Program-made: the position numbers and the translations under genes
Part shown: in pieces, positions 29,449 through 38,537 of the stretch
How the letters are laid out: each line of letters begins with the position of its first letter
Position numbering within the stretch: position 1 is the first letter of the stretch
The notes under the pieces: generated by a model
What the model saw: only the letters and a program-made list of their open reading frames with translations
Databases searched by the model: none
Told to the model about the DNA's origin: nothing
Origin: Patescibacteria group bacterium
Lineage (GTDB): Bacteria > Patescibacteriota > Minisyncoccia > Phycocordibacterales > Phycocordibacteraceae
Direction: 5' to 3'
NCBI GenBank assembly: GCA_024653825.1
Contig: JANLHF010000001.1
Location: 62-64,061, forward strand
DNA: 64,000 nucleotides

Positions 29449-29772
29449 TCAGAGCTTGCGTGAAGATATCGCAGCTCCGCGCTCACGAAATTCGGTGCCC
29501 GATATCCGGACCACCTGCACACCGGCAAGCGAACCGGCCTCAACGCCGGTATTGATGGAATAACCATCCACATCAACCAGGCGCCGCACGAGCAGGTCGA
29601 ACTTCCCGCCGAAGAGCTCCACCAACCGACGCGGACGGAGCTTTACCTCCACCTGCCACACACTCTTGATGGATTCTCCAAGGGGGTGGGCCTTGAGATC
29701 CCCAAGGAAAAAACCCCCGACTGCCTGATATCCCCTCGAATCCGTAACCGGCCTCGCGGTAACCTTCATCAT
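29449..29772 (-). CDS. hypothetical protein
   Basis: GGAGAGGAG SD; minus-strand TTGACA promoter at about 29829-29834. Confidence 0.65.
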   Translation of the reverse strand: MMKVTARPVTDSRGYQAVGGFFLGDLKAHPLGESIKSVWQVEVKLRPRRLVELFGGKFDLLVRRLVDVDGYSINTGVEAGSLAGVQVVRISGTEFRERGAAISSRKL

Positions 29773-29857
29773 CCGTCTCCTCTCTCCATAAACAAACCTG
29801 CCTAAAAATATACAGGCGTATTAATATTTGTCAATTCTCGCCGACGCTCTTTCTTTG

Positions 29858-29901
29858 TTAGATAGCTCCCGCTTTCTTGAGCGCGGCGAAGGCGCCGTTC
29901 T
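29858..29901 (-). repeat. 44-bp duplicate of the rpmB 3' end (att-like direct repeat)
   Basis: Identical to 31886-31929: TTAGATAGCTCCCGCTTTCTTGAGCGCGGCGAAGGCGCCGTTCT. Confidence 0.92.
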
Positions 29902-29966
29902 CCTGTCGAAGACAAAAGAAAGCGCCCTTCGGGGCGCTTCAAAAAATACACATAGAAGCGTGTAGC

Positions 29967-30161
29967 CTACGGCTGCCTTCTACTTATGGCCCCACAGTTG
30001 TGACAGCGCCACGTCCATTCACAGTTCCAAACCACAAACTCCCACTTGTGGTCGCAACCATCGACCCGATAGTTTTATTTTTTCTTGCTTAAGCCACACT
30101 TGAAACATCTGTCATAACCACCACTCCAAATCCAGTCGTGCTCACAATCAAATTGTGCCAT
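29967..30161 (-). pseudogene. tandem CxHxW-CxxCG zinc-finger microgene with an internal in-frame TAA
   Basis: MAQFDCEHDWIWSGGYDRCFKCGLSKKK*NYRVDGCDHKWEFVVWNCEWTWRCHNCGAISRRQP*; SD-like AAGGA upstream; not in the ORF track. Confidence 0.6.
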
Positions 30162-30165
30162 GTCC

Positions 30166-30549
30166 TTATCTCCTTTCTGATTTTCTTCTAGTCCCACTAT
30201 TTGTGTCTTTTGTCCGTGGAACCAAGAGCTTCATCTCCGGCGGAAGTGTAAATACCGCACGAACGATCTCTTTCTTTTCATATGGTCCTGAATAGGAGTG
30301 TCCCGAAATCCAACCCGAAATATCTCGATGATAGATGACCACGGTTGGATTACTCTTTGAGGGAGCATCTTTAATCTCGATGATTCTGAGAGGAATTTCC
30401 ATGGACACCGCCGTGCCATTCTTATTTTTTCTTTTTGGAAATCCTAAGACATGGATGAGGGCGGGCTTGTCGGAAAAGACCCCGCGTTGTCCCGGCTCAA
30501 ACAAGACATCTCGTATATCGAACTCCTCTTTCCACTTATGCTCTTCCAT
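30166..30549 (-). CDS. hypothetical protein
   Basis: AAGGAG SD; 127 aa. Confidence 0.65.
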   Translation of the reverse strand: MEEHKWKEEFDIRDVLFEPGQRGVFSDKPALIHVLGFPKRKNKNGTAVSMEIPLRIIEIKDAPSKSNPTVVIYHRDISGWISGHSYSGPYEKKEIVRAVFTLPPEMKLLVPRTKDTNSGTRRKSERR

Positions 30550-30745
30550 AAATTCTCCTTGGAGGGATCCTCTTCCCTTACTGATTAAACAACGGATTCA
30601 GTCGCGCGGTCAAAGATTTTGTAAAATCTGTTATATTTCTTAGTTATGATATGAGCCAAAATATCCTTATTTTACTTAGCATTATTGACAATAATATAGT
30701 TGTCTGATACTGTTGTTATAATTTACAACAAAACAGAGAAAAGAT

Positions 30746-31483
30746 ATGGATAACCGCATCAACAAAGTTCTGGAGCGTTTTGGCCTCACCGAGCAGGAAA
30801 CCTCCCTCTATCTGGCGTCTCTGTCGCTTGGTGAGGCCGATATGACAACCCTGACGAAGAAGGCGGGGGTGAACCGGAGCACCGGCTATCTTTTATTCAA
30901 GAACCTGGAGAAAAAAGGGCTCCTTGGTAGCTTCGTCATGCGCAAAAAGTTGCGCGTTGTACCCGCGCAGCCGGAACTTCTCTATTCTCGTGCACAAAAT
31001 GACCTCGGAGACCTTCAATCTCTTATACCAGAACTTAAGGCGTTGTCCGAGAAGGAGGATGGCCGGCCTAAAATCCGTTATTATTCGGGAAGGGAAGGAT
31101 ATATCACGGCTCTTGAAGAATCTCTACAGAAACCGAATTCTACTCTGCGACATATTGGCTCAATTAGCGAAGCACACGAGGTGTATAAGGAATACGACAT
31201 GAAGCATTTTATGCCGACCCGTATCAAGAGAAATATTCTAATAAAATCCCTCTATTCCCCTTCATTCAGTGAGGAATTAAAAACCCGCAGCCATACAAAG
31301 GAGTTGCGTGAGATAAAATATTTGCCGGAAGAATTTCACGCGAATACTGCAAAACTGATTTGCGACGATAAAGTTATCCTTACCAGTAGTAAAAAGGAGT
31401 TGGTTGCAGTGGTTATCGAAAGCAGCGACATCGCGGAAAGCGAGCGTCAGTACTTCGACCTTATCTGGGGCTTAACTAAATAG
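30746..31483 (+). CDS. TrmB-family transcriptional regulator
   Basis: GLTEQE..LY..SL..GEA winged HTH, RSTGY..F..LEKKGL, PKIRYYSG.EG, PLD-like C-terminus; TTGACA upstream at about 30685. Confidence 0.88.
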   Translation: MDNRINKVLERFGLTEQETSLYLASLSLGEADMTTLTKKAGVNRSTGYLLFKNLEKKGLLGSFVMRKKLRVVPAQPELLYSRAQNDLGDLQSLIPELKALSEKEDGRPKIRYYSGREGYITALEESLQKPNSTLRHIGSISEAHEVYKEYDMKHFMPTRIKRNILIKSLYSPSFSEELKTRSHTKELREIKYLPEEFHANTAKLICDDKVILTSSKKELVAVVIESSDIAESERQYFDLIWGLTK

Positions 31484-31493
31484 TCCCGCGCCG

Positions 31494-31558
31494 TCAGTCG
31501 TATATTGAGTGGTCTCCGACCTGCGGAAGAATTCTGGCGTGAACCCGACGGTTATCAT
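31494..31558 (-). pseudogene. internally deleted RelE/YafQ-like toxin
   Basis: MITVGFTPEFFR joined out of frame to VGDHSIYD*, 4 nt after the antitoxin stop. Confidence 0.6.
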
Positions 31559-31562
31559 ACCG

Positions 31563-31781
31563 TCAGCATTTCTTTATCAATTCACGCGGGTTACCGTACA
31601 ACACCTTTCCTTCTCTCGCTTCTTGGAGGGAGCGCTGAAGCGACGAGAAGGCCGTCTCGCCAGCAAGTGCATCAATCCCGAGACGCACCGCGTGTGCCTT
31701 ATTCGCCGCCCGCCCGCTCTTCACGAGAGCCTTGATAAATTTCTCCTGCACTGGCGTGATGGGGACTGAAATAGTAGTCAT
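31563..31781 (-). CDS. ribbon-helix-helix (ParD-like) antitoxin
   Basis: MTTISVPIT...FIKALVKSG...NKAHAVR...EAREGK. Confidence 0.75.
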   Translation of the reverse strand: MTTISVPITPVQEKFIKALVKSGRAANKAHAVRLGIDALAGETAFSSLQRSLQEAREGKVLYGNPRELIKKC

Positions 31782-31833
31782 ATGATTTTATAATATCGAA
31801 TATGAATATATCATACACCCTGTTTGTGGGTAG

Positions 31834-31869
31834 GCAAGCAAAAACCGCCCTAGGGCGGTTTTTGCTTGC
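31834..31869. terminator. rpmB terminator
   Basis: GCAAGCAAAAACCGCCC-ta-GGGCGGTTTTTGCTTGC. Confidence 0.85.
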
Positions 31870-31885
31870 TCGCAAGTATTTCCGA

Positions 31886-32128
31886 TTAGATAGCTCCCGC
31901 TTTCTTGAGCGCGGCGAAGGCGCCGTTCTTCTTGATAGTTTTGAGACCTTTTACAGAAACGTCCACGATGACGGTCTTCTTGAGTTCAGCGACGTAGATA
32001 CGGCGCTTCTGGAGGTTGGCCTTACGGCGGACCTTCCCGGTCGGGTTAAATTGCGTCGCGCGGGTACGATTGGAGTACCGTCCGCCGATTTGCGTACTTT
32101 TTCCGGTGATTTCGCAGGCTCGTGCCAT
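31886..32128 (-). CDS. rpmB: 50S ribosomal protein L28
   Basis: MARACEITGK...RRKANLQKRRI...VSVKGLKTI. Confidence 0.95.
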   Translation of the reverse strand: MARACEITGKSTQIGGRYSNRTRATQFNPTGKVRRKANLQKRRIYVAELKKTVIVDVSVKGLKTIKKNGAFAALKKAGAI

Positions 32129-32168
32129 AGTCGTCGCATGGTACCATTAAGCTTCTAAACCAGCAAAT

Positions 32169-32804
32169 ATGGAAGCAATCCTATCTCTCATCGTCCTTAT
32201 CCTCTCGGTCATAGCCCACGAGGTGGCTCACGGCTACGCCGCCAATACGCTTGGGGACCCGACCGCTCGCCTCGCCGGACGCCTCACCCTTAATCCACTC
32301 CCACACATTGACCTGATGGGCTCGATCGTTCTCCCCGCACTCCTCATCTTCACCCATTCTCCTATCTTATTCGGCTGGGCGAAGCCGGTACCCTACAATC
32401 CCTATAATTTGAAGGCGCGTCGCTGGGGTGAGGCTCTTGTTGCTCTCGCGGGAAGTGCGACAAACATTCTGCTCGCCGTTATCTTCGGCCTTATCGTGCG
32501 CTACGCTACAACCATCGGTCTCGACCAGACCGCGATTTCCTTCGCGGCGACTATTGCCTTCATAAACCTGTTCCTTGGTCTCTTTAATCTCATTCCGTTC
32601 CCTCCGCTTGACGGGTTCACCGCGCTGCGCGCTGCACTCCCATGGCATCTTTCCTCGGGACTCAGTCGTTTTGAACATAAGGTAAGAAACGCCGGCGTCC
32701 TTTCGCTTCTCCTCTTCCTTATTGTGTTTTCCTACGTTTTCGCCGGGCCGTTTTTCAATCTCGTCCTCTGGCTTTTTGGGCTTTTGGCCGGTGCGAGCAT
32801 ATAA
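32169..32804 (+). CDS. site-2 protease (M50) family protein
   Basis: HEVAHG, GRLTLNPL, FNLIPFPPLDG. Confidence 0.95.
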   Translation: MEAILSLIVLILSVIAHEVAHGYAANTLGDPTARLAGRLTLNPLPHIDLMGSIVLPALLIFTHSPILFGWAKPVPYNPYNLKARRWGEALVALAGSATNILLAVIFGLIVRYATTIGLDQTAISFAATIAFINLFLGLFNLIPFPPLDGFTALRAALPWHLSSGLSRFEHKVRNAGVLSLLLFLIVFSYVFAGPFFNLVLWLFGLLAGASI

Positions 32805-32844
32805 AAAGATGAGGCCGGTGTGGCCTCGTAGTTACTATCCGTCT

Positions 32845-33036
32845 TCAATCCATATCAATTTCGGGCCACCGACTGCTTTTTGTCCCTGGCGAACACGGAA
32901 AACGGTGACGGTAAAACGTAATTCCGAAAACGTCTCTCCTCTCGCTATACCCACCATGCCCGAGAAGTATGGTTTCTCTGCATTCTTCACATCGTACTTC
33001 AGTACCCTCTAGAGAGGGTCCACCTATCGAACCCAT
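32845..33036 (-). CDS. small putative zinc-binding protein
   Basis: AGGAGG SD; CEEC...HRFPC. Confidence 0.5.
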   Translation of the reverse strand: MGSIGGPSLEGTEVRCEECRETILLGHGGYSERRDVFGITFYRHRFPCSPGTKSSRWPEIDMD

Positions 33037-33129
33037 AATCCCCTCCTACAGAGACAAAGACCATTTCGTACATACTCCAGTGTACACCCATATTATTTTA
33101 GATGGTAAACGACTGGTATACTGTCAGAG

Positions 33130-33573
33130 ATGGAATATCAAGTGCCACAGTTCATTGAGGTGGAGGACAAGATCGTCGGACCTCTGACTCTAAAGCAATT
33201 CATTTATATTGCCGGCGCGAGTGGCATCTGTATCATCTTTTTCTTTTATCTACAGATGCTCTTCGCCATACTGCTCTCCCTTCCGGTGGTTGCCTTCGCC
33301 GCCGCTCTCGCCTTTTATAAAGTGAACGGAAAACCTTTTGTTGAGGTTATCGAGGCGGGCTTCAACTATTACACCGGCGCGAAGCTTTTCCTCTGGAAGC
33401 ATAGAGAGTCGACGATTCCTGAACAAAAGAGCGCGGCGGCGGCGGCGAAGGCAGAAGCGGCAGCTCCGGTTCCACGAGGCACTCCCAAACTTACGAGAGG
33501 GAAGCTCTCGGAACTTGCGTGGTCACTTGACGTAAAGGCGATGGGCAATAATTCGAATACCCCCACCCCCTAA
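33130..33573 (+). CDS. PrgI family protein
   Basis: YQVPQFIEVEDKIVGPLTLKQF plus two TM segments. Confidence 0.9.
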   Translation: MEYQVPQFIEVEDKIVGPLTLKQFIYIAGASGICIIFFFYLQMLFAILLSLPVVAFAAALAFYKVNGKPFVEVIEAGFNYYTGAKLFLWKHRESTIPEQKSAAAAAKAEAAAPVPRGTPKLTRGKLSELAWSLDVKAMGNNSNTPTP

Positions 33574-33574
33574 T

Positions 33575-34210
33575 ATGGCAACAAAAGTGTCCGGCGCGAC
33601 TCAACAATTCGTCCCCGTAAAAGAAATACGGAACGGCGTTATTGTGCTTAAAGACGGTGGATATCGCGGTATCCTTATCTGTTCCTCAGTCAATTTCGGA
33701 TTGAAGTCAGCCGATGAACAGCACGCCATCACTCTCGGCTTCCAAAATTTCCTTAACACGCTCGATTTTTCAATTCAAATCGTCGTGAATTCGCGCAAGA
33801 TGGACCTGCGCCCCTACCTCGCACTTCTTGAGGAGAAGGCCCCTGCACAAAGAACAGAACTTATGCGGATTCAGTTGCGAGAATATGTAGAATTCGTTCG
33901 CTCGTTCACCGATCAGGCAAATATTATGACGAAGTCGTTCTATATCGTCGTGCCCTATGCCCCCCACTCCTCTGCCGCTGGTGCGATGAGTTTTCTGCGC
34001 CACGAAAGCGCCACGACCAAGAACACCGCCGCAGAGACCTCCTTCGAGGAGAACCGCGCGCAGCTTGAACAGCGTCTAACCCTCGTTGCGAGCAGTCTCT
34101 CCGGCACCGGCGTGCGCGCGATTCCGCTCGGCACCGAAGAGATTATTGAACTCTTGTACCGTTCCTTCAATCCGGGCGAGCTCGAGAACCCTATCCGTCT
34201 CGACCAATAA
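33575..34210 (+). CDS. VirB4/TraC N-terminal-like accessory protein
   Basis: SVNF.LKS..EQ..I...FQNFLN.LDF.IQI; lies between prgI and virB4. Confidence 0.78.
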   Translation: MATKVSGATQQFVPVKEIRNGVIVLKDGGYRGILICSSVNFGLKSADEQHAITLGFQNFLNTLDFSIQIVVNSRKMDLRPYLALLEEKAPAQRTELMRIQLREYVEFVRSFTDQANIMTKSFYIVVPYAPHSSAAGAMSFLRHESATTKNTAAETSFEENRAQLEQRLTLVASSLSGTGVRAIPLGTEEIIELLYRSFNPGELENPIRLDQ

Positions 34211-34212
34211 GT

Positions 34213-36036
34213 ATGGCTCTCCTCGACTTTTTAAAGCGGAAGAATGAATCGGAACAAAGCACGACTATTATGCCAGTGCTTCCCAAAGATATTTATAAAC
34301 AAGGGTCACTCGACCTTGTGGACACTATCGCACCAACCGCACTTAAGATTGGTTCGCGCGAATTAGAACTCGGAGAAAAGTTCGTCCGCTCGTTCTATAC
34401 GATTTCCTACCCGCGATTCCTTTCAGACAGCTGGTTCTCCCCGGTTATCAACCTTGATAAAGTGCTCGACGCTTCCATCTTCATCCATCCGGTTGAGACC
34501 GAGGCCGCTCTGCGCGGATTCCAGAAGAAGGTTGCTGAAGTTCAGAGCCAAATCAATGAGCGCGAAGCAAAGGGTCTTGTGCGCGACCCTCTCCTTGATA
34601 CCGCCTATCAAGATCTCGAGAGCCTTCGCGACAGCCTTCAACAAGCACAGGAGAAACTATTTGATGTGGGGCTCTACCTGTCTCTGTACGGCGATTCAAA
34701 AGAAGAAATTGATAAGACTGAGGGCGATATCCGCGGAATTCTTGACGCGAAGCTCGTCTATACGAAGCCGGCGCTTTTTCAGCAGGAACAAGGATTCCGT
34801 TCCTGCCTCCCGCTTGGCACCGACGAACTTCTGGTAAATTCAAAATTGAACTCGTCGCCATTATCTTCAATCTTCCCCTTTGTTTCTTTTGACCTGACGA
34901 GCGATCGGGGAATTTTGTATGGAATAAACAGACACAACTCTTCACTCATTCTCTTCGATCGTTTCTCGCTTGAGAACTACAATTCTGTTGTCTTCGCGAA
35001 GTCAGGCTCCGGAAAGAGTTATGCAACGAAGCTTGAAATACTCCGCTCACTTATGTTCGGCACGGACGTCATCGTCATCGACCCCGAACGCGAGTATGAA
35101 CAGCTCGCGGAGGCGACCGGTGGGAGGTCTTTCCATATATCACTCTCTTCTGAGCATCACATCAACCCATTCGATCTGCCACCAGTGAAGGATGATGAAG
35201 ATCCGAAAGACATTCTCCGTTCCAACATCATCGCGCTTGTTGGACTTTTCCGCATCATGCTCTCAGGTCTCTCGCCTGAAGAGGACGCCATTGTTGACCG
35301 CGCCATCAGCGAGACCTACGCGCTCAAAGATATCACCGGCGATGCCGACTTCACCGGCGCCGAACCGCCGCTCCTCTCAGATTTTGAGCAGGTACTCGCC
35401 GGTATGGAGGGGAGTGAGTCGCTCGTCGAGCGTCTCTCGAAGTATACCCGCGGTACGTGGGCCGGATTTCTTAATCAGCCGACCAATATAGATTTCAAAC
35501 AGCAGTTCGCGGTCTTCTCTGTGCGTGATATGGAAGACGAACTTAAGCCGGTCGCGATGTACATCATCACACACTACATATGGAATGCGGTCCGCCACGA
35601 AATGAAAAAGCGCCTTCTTATTATCGATGAGGCCTGGTGGATGATGAAGAGCGATGACACCGCATCATTCCTTTATTCGGTCGCCAAGCGCGGACGCAAA
35701 TATTATCTTGGAGTCTGTACTATCACCCAGGACGTTGAAGACTTCCTCAAGAGTCCATACGGGAGACCCATTCTCACGAACTCCTCTATACAGTTGTTGT
35801 TGAAACAGTCGCCAACGACAATCGACGTGCTTCAAAAAACATTTAATCTCACCGATGAAGAAAAATATCTGCTGCTCGAGGCCGGGGTGGGGGAGGGGCT
35901 CTTCTTCGCCGGACTGAAGCATGTCGCAATTAAAGTTGTCGCGAGCTATACCGAGGATCAGATCATCACCTCCGACCCGTCGCAACTTCTCGCGATAAAG
36001 GAGGGCAAGGCCCGTCATGCCGCCGAACAAAAATAG
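34213..36036 (+). CDS. VirB4/TraC-like ATPase
   Basis: AKSGSGKS (Walker A), IDPEREY, INPF, IIDEAW, KRGRKY, ITQ. Confidence 0.92.
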   Translation: MALLDFLKRKNESEQSTTIMPVLPKDIYKQGSLDLVDTIAPTALKIGSRELELGEKFVRSFYTISYPRFLSDSWFSPVINLDKVLDASIFIHPVETEAALRGFQKKVAEVQSQINEREAKGLVRDPLLDTAYQDLESLRDSLQQAQEKLFDVGLYLSLYGDSKEEIDKTEGDIRGILDAKLVYTKPALFQQEQGFRSCLPLGTDELLVNSKLNSSPLSSIFPFVSFDLTSDRGILYGINRHNSSLILFDRFSLENYNSVVFAKSGSGKSYATKLEILRSLMFGTDVIVIDPEREYEQLAEATGGRSFHISLSSEHHINPFDLPPVKDDEDPKDILRSNIIALVGLFRIMLSGLSPEEDAIVDRAISETYALKDITGDADFTGAEPPLLSDFEQVLAGMEGSESLVERLSKYTRGTWAGFLNQPTNIDFKQQFAVFSVRDMEDELKPVAMYIITHYIWNAVRHEMKKRLLIIDEAWWMMKSDDTASFLYSVAKRGRKYYLGVCTITQDVEDFLKSPYGRPILTNSSIQLLLKQSPTTIDVLQKTFNLTDEEKYLLLEAGVGEGLFFAGLKHVAIKVVASYTEDQIITSDPSQLLAIKEGKARHAAEQK

Positions 36037-37789
36037 TCCTCAACCGAAGGTGATGACGTGGCCGCGGGCGTGGCCGATGATCATCGGCACCGCCGTTTTT
36101 GATCTTGTCCGCGCCTTTTTCCAATTTTTTTGGTTCTTCGGGCCAGCGTTGGGAGCCATTGTCTGTACTGCTGGGGTAAACACCGCTGTCGGGGCGAGTA
36201 TTTCTGGTGTGGTGGGGAAGGTGGTCGCAACTGGCTGTAGTGGGGCTGCGGTCGTCCTCGGTTCTGTCTTTTCTGAAAGCACCACTGTATTTGGAGTCAT
36301 TGTGGCAGATGCCCTCGGTCTGTTCGGTTTTCTTGCTCTTAAGATGTGGATGTATTCAAATGCCCGTAGACGCAAAGTGCTTAAAGAGATGTGGCTCTTA
36401 CAAATGGGAAGTTTTATGGGAAGTCTTATCCCTTTCATTGGAGCATTTCCTTTTTATTCATTCGTCCTTTTCTTCACCTATAAACACCAAATAAAAATTG
36501 AGAAGGCAGATTACAAAAAATGGGAGAAGGAAACGGAGAATGCTCGGCTTCAACAACAGAATCAACAGGCGGCACGGGTTGCGCAGATACAGGCCGCGCA
36601 GCAGACGCGGGTCGAACAGGAACAAATTGTGCAACAAGAAACGGTGGAAGAAGAATCAAATAGAGAGGAAGAAATTTCTGTAGACGCTGATCCGACACCA
36701 ATCCAATATCAACCAGTCGCACGACCTGAGAAAAAACGGTGGTCTCCTGATAGTGGCGTCCCGCCGCCAATGACACCCGAGTATGGATGGCGAACGACTC
36801 CTCCTCCACTTCCTCAACCATTTTCTATACCTCCTCCATTGCCGACGATGACGCCCCCGCCTCTTCCGACGTCAGCACGTATGACCCCTCCACCATTACC
36901 GCCTACGTTACCTATTCCAAGCGTTTCAGGAATGAAAGAACGCTCAATGATAAGTTCGGATGAGAGATCAGTCGAGCAGGTGGCGTTGCGCAATAACGCG
37001 TTCATTGTCCATACTATTGCAGAAAGTGGGCAGGCTCAGCACCACAATGAAAACTCGAACGTATCTGGGAAAGCCACGTACGGAGACGATATGGACATTA
37101 TGTTGGCATTTGAACCATCGGTTTCTGCCTCGTCGGTTACCCCCAGTAAAAAAGCACAGCTGTGGACTGGGGACGGATTTTTGCTCGGAGGTGGCCAAAT
37201 TAGCGAAGCGGGAGGTAGCGACCAAGGAACTATCGCTCACGGAATCAAAAAACGCGGAAACAGAATGTCTTCACTTGAAGAAATTGACAATGTCATTGGC
37301 CGAAATAGCGAACTACATCAGAGTGACTACGAACGCGTTGGAACGTTCGGAATGAACGAGATCGTTGTGAACAATTCGGAGGTATTTGGATACTTTCAGC
37401 AAGCAGGAAAAGACAAAGACGGACATTATTGGATGCTCTCCACTGAAACGAAGAAAGACTCCGAGATGGCAAAAAAGATGCGCAAGTATGGGGAAACGTC
37501 ATTCGACAAGAATATGGAAAATTATCGCCGACGTTTTGCTACTGCTCAAGAACGCGGTATCCCCTTGTATATAATGACCCCCGACCGCGAGGTGTATGAA
37601 TATCGCGGGGTCAACGACGACGGAACCGTTGAAGTTGGAAAACAATTAACGCCAGAGGAGGTCGCTAGGGGTCGGGCAGGATTATCCACAGAGAAGAGAA
37701 AAGAAATTGGTGAAAAATTACTTGAAAAGAAAATCTTTAGGGGAGAAAAGACGCAGAAGGAGGCTGAAGAAATTATAAAATCACTTTGA
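36017..37789 (+). CDS. membrane protein with Gln-rich coil, PPPLP repeats and an unknown C-terminal domain
   Basis: N-terminal TM segments, Q-rich helix, four PPPLP motifs, ~290-aa globular-looking C-terminus. Confidence 0.7.
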   Translation: MPPNKNSPQPKVMTWPRAWPMIIGTAVFDLVRAFFQFFWFFGPALGAIVCTAGVNTAVGASISGVVGKVVATGCSGAAVVLGSVFSESTTVFGVIVADALGLFGFLALKMWMYSNARRRKVLKEMWLLQMGSFMGSLIPFIGAFPFYSFVLFFTYKHQIKIEKADYKKWEKETENARLQQQNQQAARVAQIQAAQQTRVEQEQIVQQETVEEESNREEEISVDADPTPIQYQPVARPEKKRWSPDSGVPPPMTPEYGWRTTPPPLPQPFSIPPPLPTMTPPPLPTSARMTPPPLPPTLPIPSVSGMKERSMISSDERSVEQVALRNNAFIVHTIAESGQAQHHNENSNVSGKATYGDDMDIMLAFEPSVSASSVTPSKKAQLWTGDGFLLGGGQISEAGGSDQGTIAHGIKKRGNRMSSLEEIDNVIGRNSELHQSDYERVGTFGMNEIVVNNSEVFGYFQQAGKDKDGHYWMLSTETKKDSEMAKKMRKYGETSFDKNMENYRRRFATAQERGIPLYIMTPDREVYEYRGVNDDGTVEVGKQLTPEEVARGRAGLSTEKRKEIGEKLLEKKIFRGEKTQKEAEEIIKSL

Positions 37790-37832
37790 TAGAGACCCGA
37801 GGAGATACAAAGAGTTTCGCCACAGTATCCAC

Positions 37833-37861
37833 TGGACATGATATAGCCAATTTGCTATACT
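37833..37861 (+). promoter_or_regulatory. TA promoter/operator
   Basis: TGGACA-N17-TATACT with an overlapping inverted repeat TATAGC-N6-GCTATA. Confidence 0.65.
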
Positions 37862-37895
37862 GCGTTTGGAGCGGCTGTTGATATACCGACGCCCA

Positions 37896-38213
37896 ATGGA
37901 ACAGTATCGCGAAGTACACCTCCTAGATTCCGCAAAAGAATATATTGACGGTGTTTCGATACCCGATCAAGCAACTATCGCCGCGCACGTTGCGTGTATG
38001 CGCTCGGGAGACTTCGAGTCGGTTCGTACTAAACAGTTGCGCGGCTCCATCCGAGAATTGATCGTCGGACATCATCGCATAACCTACTTTGAATTTGACT
38101 CGGCCCTATATTTTGTGAGGGGATTCAGGAAGAAAACTCCCAAAGCACCGAAGTCAGAAATCGACTATGCGGAGAAGGTATATAAAATAATAAGGAACTC
38201 AATAAAATTATGA
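37896..38213 (+). CDS. HigB/RelE (Gp49-like) toxin
   Basis: KQLRGSIRELIV..HRITYF...FRKKTPKAP..EI..A. Confidence 0.85.
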   Translation: MEQYREVHLLDSAKEYIDGVSIPDQATIAAHVACMRSGDFESVRTKQLRGSIRELIVGHHRITYFEFDSALYFVRGFRKKTPKAPKSEIDYAEKVYKIIRNSIKL

Positions 38214-38503
38214 AAAAGAAACAACAAAATCTCCAGTGGCACTCCTTCGATGAGGTGTTCAGTAGGAGTTCAAAAAAGAAGGAGTTCCGCCTCGCATATA
38301 ACGAGGAAATTGTACGCCTACGGCTCGCTCGGCAGATTCGTAATCTTCGCACGACTAGTCAAATGACTCAACTGATAGTGGCGAAAAAATCGGGCATGCC
38401 ACAGTCCGTGATTGCTAGGGTTGAGAGTGGCGATCGCGGTATCTCTGTAGATACGCTTGGTCGAATCGCCCACACACTCGGCAAGGAAGTGCAGTTGGTG
38501 TGA
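38210..38503 (+). CDS. HigA-like XRE HTH antitoxin
   Basis: MTQ..VAKKSGMPQSVIARVESG...SVDTL.RIA; ATGA overlap with the toxin gene. Confidence 0.88.
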   Translation: MKKKQQNLQWHSFDEVFSRSSKKKEFRLAYNEEIVRLRLARQIRNLRTTSQMTQLIVAKKSGMPQSVIARVESGDRGISVDTLGRIAHTLGKEVQLV

Positions 38504-38537
38504 CCTCATTGCCTCGCGCAGGCGCTATACTAGAAGT

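Larger units (their letters stand above)
29858..31929. mobile_element. 2-kb islet at the rpmB 3' end
   Basis: Bounded by exact 44-bp direct repeats; accessory cargo; no integrase visible. Confidence 0.65.
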
